The notes under the pieces: model-generated | What the model saw: the letters and a program-made list of their open reading frames with translations, nothing else | What the model was told of the DNA's origin: nothing | The model's database searches: none | In this document: piece by piece, positions 51,201 through 62,100 of the stretch | How the letters are laid out: the number at the start of each line of letters is the position of its first letter | How positions within the stretch are numbered: position 1 is the stretch's first letter | Position numbers and translations under genes: made by a program | Source of the DNA: Podarcis erhardii | Taxonomy: Eukaryota | Direction: 5' to 3' (one strand) | DNA: 64,000 nucleotides | NCBI GenBank assembly: GCA_964252035.1 | Contig: CAXUOO010000302.1

Positions 51201-54200
51201 TGAAAAGATTCAAAGCAGCATGTTGAAAGATAAAATATCACACTGAAAATTCTCTATTAGACGGAGGCTAGAACCTTTCTAGCAAGGCTTGAATCGACTA
51301 GTTCATTGTGTTCACATAGCATCAGCATTATCTATATTGCACGCTGCTCTGTCGAGTGTGTTCTTTAGCGTGAGCCGTATAGCACATTTTCGAACTCTGC
51401 GGTACATGTAAACGATTAGACAGCGATGACAAAGGCGAGCATTGCAAATGGGATTGACTGTGCTATGTAAGCGCTAAACGTTCTGGTAATATTCATGGTT
51501 TGCTTACATGACTGCCTTCACAAGTGACCGCACCATCAGCAAAACTAGTAGTGTATCAATTTAAGAGGCTCTGTTTCTGATACAGGCAGCTTGGCTGAGA
51601 ATGTGATTGTAGAAAGTAAGCCGTGAAGCACACTTTCGGACAAGTCATTAGTTCTTTAAATGTTGCACAGCATCCTTATCAGAATCATGGTTTGTAAATT
51701 TGTTTTACTATGCTCCGTAGAATTTGGCGCTTTTTTTGCAGGGCACTGTTTGTGTATTGGAGTGCTTCTACAAGTGAAAACAGCTTCCATGTTAGAAAAA
51801 CCCATATTTTTTCATACCTATGTTTCCTGCTGCTGACTACGCAGTCGAACTGTTTGCTGTGAGCTGCAAAGCACTCTTTCGATCTCTTCAACATCTATAA
51901 AACGTTGAATGCAGCATTTTCACAGGCTGCATTGCAAACTAGATCTACTGTGTGAGAGGTGGGAGACAGCGTTTCTGTCGCATTGCAGACATTTGATTCT
52001 TTTCAATTTCTCAAGTAAACACAACAGTATAATACACTAGGGTACACTCTGTTAGGTCGAACATAGTCTTTTTTAGGCTGGGCAAACCAAGACATAAATC
52101 AGGAGCTGAGCAGGGCGTCACCTTGTCGATGTTCGCCGTACCTGTGAAGCATTTCACAACAAGCGTTGCGTAGGCGAGCGTTGAAAACTCACTACTTACT
52201 TCATCAAGGAGAAAAAGCCTTAGAAGTCTATGTGTGTTTCGCTAAGTTTTTTCGTGCCTAGATATTGTTAAACTGGAATGTAAATCTTTATTCGTACGCC
52301 GCGATGCACTTTCTGCAAGCTGTGCGACTGGATATATGTTTAAAGAGTGTAAGCCGTGCAGCACACTCTCAAGTTTGGAGCACAAAAGAAACAATTACAC
52401 AACAACAGTAACAAAGGCTCTATTGTGACTATGTGTGTAGATATTGAACAAGTTCATTTGTACAGGAAAAATACAAACTCGGATGTTTTTGGCCCTGTGA
52501 GACTAGACTTTTGTCAAAATATCTGTTACGTTTCCGGGATTTGATAGTGTGTGTTGATTTGAAAAAAAAAACGTTACGCAACGACTCCAGTCAACACGAT
52601 ATTTGTCTAGAATCACATTATTACAATATGCGACGGAAAGCATTTACGTTTCTGTCTTTCTCCTTCTAGTAATGTGCGGACCGTGTCAGCAATCTGGTGC
52701 TGATCACGGTCACTGGAGAGTCTTGATTCTACGTCAAAAGAAAAAGAAAAGACGAGCTTTAAAGAAACCGCAAGTCCAAACCGAGACACTAGCGTAAATG
52801 TTTGCGCTATGGATCGCGAAGGGTTTGTACATCAATCACTTTATACCGTTATATTCTGTTCAAACAGCGAGCGCTGACTTTTCCACTGCCTCTTCTATTG
52901 GTGCATCTGCACAATTTGTTTTTTGCACCGGCGGTGAATAAACGACTCACACATGAAATAGTTTCTCTCTCCCTTTTACATTGTTCACAACGCAGCTTTT
53001 CACAACATGCAGGATCATAAATGTAAACACAAGGGCGCTCTTTTCACACATTGCAATTTTTTCCAGTGTATACATCTTGAGTACCTGAAAAATGTGTGAA
53101 CAGATCGCTTTTCCATATTGATTTCAAGAAAAGAATTCTTCACTTGACTGTCGTACCTATTTCGTAGATTTGTAACACAGGTTGACTGTACTACACGGGA
53201 GATAGAAATACATTGACGGTGCATGATTTGAGTACCTGATTGCCTCTACAAATATGAGCACCAACTAGGATGAGGTAGAAGGCTTTCCTTCCAAGTCACT
53301 TTATCGTACTACAACCTGCATAGCAGAAGCTGTAGTTAGACAAATTGAACCGTGAAGCATTCTTTCGGACATCTTTGTATTCATAAACACATGCAAAGCA
53401 GCCATTGCAAATGCTCACATAGAGATGTAGACAAATTTTGATGCGCAGAAAGGAGACATTTTTCTATATATAGCTGTGCAGAGGCTGAAGATCAAGCACT
53501 TTTACAATGCAACAGTGTACATTAGAATACTAGAGAACCCTTTTTTTATGTCGCATCACCTTCATCAATGTCTTTTGTCTAATTGATTTTAGATTTGAGC
53601 TTTGCAGCAAGATTTTGGATTTCGCGGTATTTGAGCACTGTTGCCCAGCAAAGATGGTGTGAACTTTCGCTGAACACTAGCTAGCTCCTACTTCAAGGTA
53701 GAGAGACTTTTATAGATCAAACATAGTATCACTAGATAGCTGGTGTTTTTTTGCGGACATGGCACTGAACAAGATTGAAGTCTTTCTAAGGCGTGTAGAT
53801 AGTGCATATTTTGCTGTCAATTGTATACATTTAGAAAGTGAGACTTCGAGAACACGTTTGTAATTTGCAGCGCCTACGAATTCTGCAAAACAGAAAATTT
53901 TATAGAACAGAGTTTCAAAAAATCTCCTGTGTAACTATGAAAACAGCAATTTCTCTAGCACGGCATGGATCTTCTACTTGATTGGATTTACATGTAGACA
54001 CAGCAACACCATTACCTTCGTTGCACGCTGCTCGGATTATTTTATGCGCTTAGAGAGTGAGCCGTGCAGTACATTCTCTACCATTACATTACCTATAGAA
54101 GGCTGCCTTAAACCCGTAGCACAGCTTTGCACCTATGAGACCACGCGCCGTCAGAAACTCTTCAATTTCTTGATGATAGTGCAGGCGAAAAGGCAAGAAA

Positions 54201-56154
54201 CGAAGTTTAGAAGATAAAGAAATTAAAAGGAGACATTGGTCTGACATCTCGCGCAGTGCCGAGCGATATTTGAAAAAACGTGTTCTACGCACTTTGTATT
54301 ACTCTGTCTTCTGAATAGCAAGCACTAAACGAATAAACTGACGGTTTCGCTGAAGACTCCGCACGCTTTGCTTCCTAAGCGGCAGTCGATAACCGACTCG
54401 CACATGAGATTTTCGCACTCATTCTCTGTCGCGATACAATGCGCAACCCCCTTAAAAAGCGCCACATTAGAAGTAGTGTAGGCACGAGTGTGTCCGCCGT
54501 ACACAGTGCAGCATGACATGTGTATACGAGTACCAAAAAAATGCGTATGCTGATCACTTACCCATATCTGTCTCAGAAAATGCGTTCTTTGATCTACCAG
54601 AGTCATATATTATGAGAAAACTGACTGGAACTTGATGACATGTCTTGTAGACATATAACGTAGATTTATTGTGCTAGATGGAGGGCAAACTTTTTTCCGC
54701 ATCCAGTGCATGATTGACGATTTACAGCTGAAGAGTGCATTTGAATAGAGTAGATGTATTTTTATTCATGTCGCATAACGTCTATTACAGGCTGCGTTGC
54801 TGAGGCTATGACATTAGGTCTGTTCCGTCTGCGTTGAGAAAAAACCCCGTTACCTTTATAACAGTTCATGTCTATTCAGATACTTGAGTATGTTTAAGAA
54901 TTGAAAAAAAAATTCGAATACCAAAACATTTTTTCGTCAAGTGGCATTACCTCTATTACAGGTTGTGAGACCGAGTATTTGAATCAAGACTTGATCCGTG
55001 CAGCACGGTTTAAATATTTACGGTATTTTTGAGTTGTTATACACAGCAGCTACGAGAAAGCCTTGCGTTAAACATCAGGTCGCTTGTTCATAACGAAAGC
55101 GAGCACGCTACATTTGTTTTGTGTTTACGTCGTAGCGTGTGTTTTTCTGCAAACCTTGCAATAGACGAAACACATGTGCATAGACTTGGGCCTGTTGCAA
55201 ATAGTGCGGAGGTAGCTTATACGTAGATCCTCAATACAGATTGACTGTACTACATCGGAGATTAATATACACTGAGGGTGCATGATTTGAATACTTGAAG
55301 GTCTTTGCAAGTATGAGCACCGCACTACAATGAGATTGAAAATTCTTCTTCCAAGATGCATAATCTTATTGCATGTTGCGTAGTTGATGTTGTGAGATCA
55401 CACACTCACAGGAATTGAACCGTGAAGCATACATTCGAAAACGCACAGTAGAAAATTCAGAAGCTCACACTGAAAACTGAAATAATTGCAATGCATGAAA
55501 AGCAGACAGTTTCTAAATGTAACTGTGAAGGATCCGAATATCAAGCAGTTTTACAAGGCAAAAATGTACAGTAAAATGATTTGAAACTCTTTTTGTCAAT
55601 TCGCACCAGCATCATCAATGACTTTGTGTTATTGATTTTGGATCTGGGCTTTGCAGCACAATTTTGGATATTGCGATATATGAAAAGTGTTGCCCTGCAG
55701 AGATGGTGTAAGCATGCGCTGAAAACAGAGTAGCTCCTAGCTCACGGTAGAGCATTTTATAAATCTAACATAAATTTACTAGGCAGCTGGTGGTCTCCTG
55801 CAGACGTGGTACTAAATAAGACCGAATTCTCTCTAGGGCTTGTCGATAGGCAGAGTTCGCTGTCAATTGTATACATTTAGAAAGTGAGACTTCGAGAACA
55901 CGTTTGTAATTTGCAGCGCCTACGAATTCTGCAAAACAGAAAATTTTATAGAACAGAGTTTCAAAAAATCTCCTGTGTAACTATGAAAACAGCAATTTCT
56001 CTAGCACGGCACGGATCTTCATCTTGATTGGATTCACATGTAGACACAGCAACACCATTACGTTCGTTGCACGCTGCTCGGTTTATTGTATGCGCTTAGC
56101 GAGTGAGCCGTGCAGTTCAGTATCGACCATTGCATTGCCTATAGAAGGCAGCCC

Positions 56155-59100
56155 CAAAACCGTAGCACAGCCTTGCACCTAGAAGTTCATGATTCGTCAG
56201 AGGCTCTGTAATGTCGTGATAGATGTGCGTGCAAAAAAGCAAAATACTACTATAACACAAGGAAAGAGTGAAGAAGAGACATTGGCCTGACGTCTTGCGC
56301 ACTGCCAAGCGCGAGTTGAAAGAACTTATTTTGTACGTTTTGTATTATAGTGTCTTTTAAATAGCAAGCAATGAACAATTTATCTGACGGTTCGCCTGAA
56401 AACTCCGCACGCTCTGAAATCTAAACGGCTGTCGATAGACGACTCGCACATGGGAGTCTTGCATTCTCTTCTGTACAATGCGCAGTCCCCTCACAAAGCG
56501 CCACACACAAGTAGTGTAGTCACGCGTGTGTCCGTCTTACACAGTGCAACATCACATGTAAATACATCTCGAGTACCTTAAAAATGCGTATGCTGGTCAC
56601 TTACACGTATCTCTTTCAGAAACTGAAATCCTCGCTTTATTAGAGTTATACATTATGAAGAGAATGCCTGGTAGTTGATTACATGTCTCGCAGACATTTA
56701 ACGTAAATTTACTGTGCTAGATGCAGGGAAAAGTGTTTGTCGCATTCAGTGCATGGTTGAGTACCTGATTGTTTATACAAGCAGGCAAAGCATTTGAAGA
56801 GAGAAAAAAGATCTCTCTACTTGCCCCAGTACTTCTATTGCAGGCTGCATGGTAGAGACTGTGACTTCAGGTAGTGAAGCCATTCTAGGAGCTCGCGTTG
56901 CCAGTTAGTTCATCTGCGTTAATAAAAAAGGTATCGCTGTAGCAGTGCGTTTATTAGTCGAGCGACTGGGTAGTTTCGAAAGTAAAAAAAGCAGTAGAGT
57001 AATAAAAAATCATTTTCGTCAACTTTATCAGATCAAATTAAGCAATCAGAACCTGAGTCGTGCAGCACGGTCTTGGGGATCGCGGTATTTGTGAAGTGTT
57101 GCACACGGCAGGCATGGAAAAACCACGCGATGAAGGCTGCGCCGCTGACTGATCACCGAAGGCAGTATCCTATATTCACTTTGTGTTTTTGATTGTAGTG
57201 TGTGTTTTTGTGCAAACGCCACATTAGACAGAACAAATGTGCTGAGCCTTGGGCCTGTTGCAAATAGTGCAGACTGCGCTCTTGATTATATAGTTCTCGA
57301 AAGTGAAACATGGGGCACATTCTTGTATTCTGCAGCATTGATGAAACGGTTCAAAGCAGCATGTTGAAAGACAATATATCACACTGAAAATTCTGTGTTA
57401 GACGGAGGCTAGAACCTTGCTAGCAAGGCTTGAATCGACTAGTTCATTGTGTTCACATAGCATCAGCATTATCTATATTGCACGCTGCTCTGTCGAGTGT
57501 GTTCTTTAGCGTGAGCCGTGTAGCACACTTTCGAACACTGCAGTACATATGAGCGATTAGACATCATCGACGACGAGGACGAGCATTGCGAAGGACATTA
57601 ACGGCGCTATGTGAGCGCCAAGGTTTTTCTGTAAAGTCATGGTTTTTTTACATGATTGCCTTCACAAGTGACCGTACCATCTGAAAAAACAGTAGTGTAT
57701 CAATTCAAGAAGCTCTATTGCTAATTCAGGCTGTGTGGCTGAGAATGTGATTGTAGAAGGTGAGCGGTGAAGCACACTTTCGGACAAGTCGCTATATGTT
57801 TTTAAAGGATGTACAGCAGCCTTATCAAAAGTATGCCTTGCAAAATTGAGTTTATGCTACGTAGAAGCTGGCACTTTTCTCGCGGGGCACTGTATGTGTA
57901 TTAGTTTTTGTTTCTAATTGTGAAACAGCATCCGAGTGAAAAAACCCATACTTTTTCATACTTATGTTTCTCCTCCTGACGACGCAGTCGACTTATACGC
58001 GGAAAATGTGAGCCGCAAAGCACACATTCGATCTTTCCAGAACCTATACGATATTGCACAACAGCGTTTTACTGCCTCGCATTGCAAGACATATTTCCTG
58101 TGAGAGAGATGGGAGACCGCATTTCTGTATCAGTGCAGACGTTTACTTTCTTCAATTTCACAAGTAAACAAAACAGTATAATACACTAGGGTACATGTTG
58201 TTAGGTCGAACTTGGTCTTTTTTAGGCTGCGCGAACCAAGACATAAATCAGGAGCTGAGCAGGGCGTCACCTTGTCGATGTTCGCCGTACCTGTTAAGCA
58301 TTTCACAACAAGCGTTGCGTAGGCGAGTGTTGAAAACTCACTACCTACTTCATCAAGGAGAAAAAGCCTTAGAAGTCTATGTGTGTTTCGCTAAGTTTTT
58401 TCGTGCCTACATATTGTTAAACTGGAATGTAAATCTTTATTCGTACGCCGCGATGCACTTTCTGGAAGCTGTGCGACTGGATATATGTTTAAAGATCGTA
58501 AGCCGTGCAGCAAGCTTTCATATTTGGTGCACAAATGAACCAATTACCCAGCAACAATAGCTAAGGCTTTTATGGTGACTATGCGTGTGCATAACGAACA
58601 AAATAATCTGTATAAGAATTGTACAAACTCGGATGTTTTTGACCCTGTGAGGCTAGACATTTGTTAAAATATCTGTTACGTTCTCGGGATTTGATAGTGC
58701 GTGTTGATTTTATAAAAACACGTTACGCAACGACTCCAGTCAACACGATACTTGTCTAGAAACACTCCTTTACAATATGCGACGGAAAGCGTTTACGCTT
58801 CTGTCTTTCTCCTTACATTGATATATGCGGACCATGTCAGCAATCTGGTGCTGATCAGGGTCACTGAAAAGTCTTGATTCTACGTCAAACGAAAAAGAAA
58901 AAGACGACATTTAAAAAAAAAGCATGTCCAAACCGAGACACTAACGTAAACATTTGCGCTATGGATCGCGAGGGGGTTGTACAACAATCACTTTATACTG
59001 TTTTATTCTGTTTTCAAACAGCGAGCGCTGACGTTTCCGCTGCCCCTTCTATTGACGCATTCGCACAATTTGTTTGTTGCGCTGGCGGTGAATAAACGAC

Positions 59101-62100
59101 TCACAGATGAAACAGTTTCTCTCTCCCTTTAACATCGTCCACAACACAGCTTTTCACAACATGCAGGATCATAAATGTAAACACAAGGGCTCCCTTTTCA
59201 TACAGTGAAATTTTTCCCAGTGTATACATCATGAGTACCTGAAAGATGTGTATACAGATCGCTTTTCCATATTGTTTTTTTAAAAAAAATTTTCGTTTGT
59301 CAGGCGTCCTTATTTCGTAGATTTCTAACACAGATTGATTGTACTACACGGGAGATAGGTATACATTGGGGATGCATGATTTGACTACCTGATTGCCTCT
59401 ACAAATACGAACACCCCCCCGTAGAAAGCTTTCTTTTCAAGCCGCATTATCTTATTGCAAGCTGCATAATGGAAGCTGTAGTTAGACAAATTGAACCGTG
59501 GAGCATTCTTTCGGACATCTCAGTATTCATAGAAACATGCAAAGCGGCCAATGCAGAAGCTCGCGTAGAGATGTAGACAAATTGTGAGGCGCAGGGAGGA
59601 GACATTTTTCTATATGTAGCTGTGCACAGTCCTAATGTCAAGCACATTTACAGTGCAGCAGTGTACAGCAGAATATCAGGAGACCCTTTTTGTCAAATCG
59701 CCTCATCTTTATCAAGGAATTTTTTTTTTTTAATATTGGACCTGATTCTTGCAGCACGATTTTGGATTTCGCGGTATCTAGGAAGCGTTGTTCAGCAGAG
59801 ATGATGCAAACATGCGTTAAACACTGAGTATCTCCTTGTTGACGGTAGAGCATTTTATAATTCTAACATAATTTTACCAGGCAGCTGGTGGTCCCCTGCA
59901 GACGTGGCACTAAGCAAAACCGAATTCTCTCTAGGGTTTGTCGATAGTGCAGAGTTCGCTGTTAATTGTATATTTCCAGAGAGTGAGTCTCCGGAAACAC
60001 GTTTTTTATTTGCAGCGTCTACGAATTCTGCATGACAGAAAACTTTCTAAAACCGAGTTTGAAACTAGACCTTTTGTGTATATGAAAAATAAGCAATTTC
60101 TTGAACAAGGCGCGTATCTTCTACTTGATTGGAATCTCATGTAGACACAGCAACATCATTACCTTCGTTGCACGGTGCTTGGTTTTTTGTATGCGTTTAG
60201 AGCGTGAGCCGTGCAGTACATTCTGTACCATTGCATTACCTGTAGAAGGCTGCTCCAAAACCGTAGCACAGCGTTGCACCTATGCGACCACTCGCCGTCA
60301 GAGACTCTTCAATGTCTTAATAGTGCAGACGAAAATGCAAGACACGAAATATAAAAGAAAAAAAAGTGTGAGAAGGGGCATTGGCCTGACTTCTCGCGCA
60401 TTGCCAAGCGATATTTGGAAAATCATACCTTCTGCACTTTTTATGACTCTGTCTTCTAAATAGCAAGCACTGGACGATTTAGCTGATGGTTCAGTTGACG
60501 ACTCCGCACGCTTTGCTTTAGAAACGGCAGTTGATAAACCACTAGCAATTGAGATTTTGGCACTCTCTCTCTGTCATGGTACAGTGCGCAGCCCCCTCGA
60601 AGCGCCACACTAAACGTAGTGTAGGCAAAAATGTGTTCGTTTTACGCAGTGCAGCGAGACATGTGTAGACATCTCGAGTATCTAAAAAGTGCGTATGCTG
60701 ATAACTTCTCCATGTCTTTTTCAGGAAATGAAATCTGTGGTCTACAAGAGTTATACATTGTGAGGGGAATGACTGGAGCTTTATTAGATGTCTCGTAAAG
60801 ATATTATAACGTAGATTTATTGTGCTAGATGGAGGGCAAATTTTTTTTCCCATTCAGTGCGTGGTTTGACAACCAGATTGTCTTTACTAGTAAACAAAGC
60901 ATTTGAAGAGAGTAGATGGAATTCCTTTTTTGCCGCATTACTTCTATTGCATGCTGCGTGGTTGAGACTGTGACTTCAGGACTTGAAGCCATCCTAGAAG
61001 CTCGCATTGCAAACTATTTATCTGCGTTGAGAGTAAAACCAGTTCCTTTATAACAGTGCATGTGTGTTCAGGTACCTGGGTGTAGTGAAGAGTGAAAAAA
61101 GTAAAAAACTGGAACACTATTTTCATCAAGTGACTTTACCTCTATTACAGGATGTGAGATTGCATTAATAAAGCAGATTCTGACCCGTGCAACACGTGTT
61201 TGATATTCACGGTATTTTTGAGTTGTTGCACACAGCAGGCATGGGAAACCTTTGCTTTAAACACTTGGTCGCTTGCTGATTACAAAACAGAGCATCCTAT
61301 ATTCATTTTGTGTTTACGTCGTAGCGTGTGTTTTTCTGCAAATTCTTCATTAGACGAAATACATGTACATAGACTTGGGCCTGTTGCAAGTAGTGCGGGG
61401 GTAGCCAATGCGTAGATTCTTAAAACAGATTGACCGTACTACATCGGAGATAAACCCACATTGAGAGTGCATGGTTTGACTACTTGATTGTCTTTACAAG
61501 TATAAGCACAGCATTAAGATGAGGTAGAAAGCTCTGTTTCCAAGCTGCGATACTTTATTGCATGCTGCGTAGTTGATGCTTTGATACGAGGAATTGAACC
61601 GTGAAGCATACTTTTGACCGTGCAGAATAGCAAATTCAGAAGCTTACATTGAGAACAAGAATATGTATGATGCATGTGAAGCAGACAAATTCTAAATATA
61701 GCTGTGCAGATTTCGAATCCGAAGCATTTTCTCAAAGCAACAACGTATAATAAAATGATTGAAGACTTTTTTTGTTAAGTCATATCTCCTTCATGAATGA
61801 CATTGTGCTATGGAATTTGGATCTGAGCTTCGCAACACAATTTTGAATTTTGCGATATTTAAGAATTGTTGCCCAGATGAAATGGTGTAAGCATGCGTTG
61901 AACACCAGGCAGCTCATAGTTCAAGATAGAGAGCACTTTATAAATCTAACAGAAATTTACCAGGCAGCTGGTGGTCTCCTGCAGACGTGGTACTAAATAA
62001 GACCGAATTCTCTGTAGGGCTTGCCGATAGGCAGAGTTCGCTGTCAATTGTATACATTTAGAAAGTGAGACTTCGAGAACACGTTTGTAATTTGCAGCGT

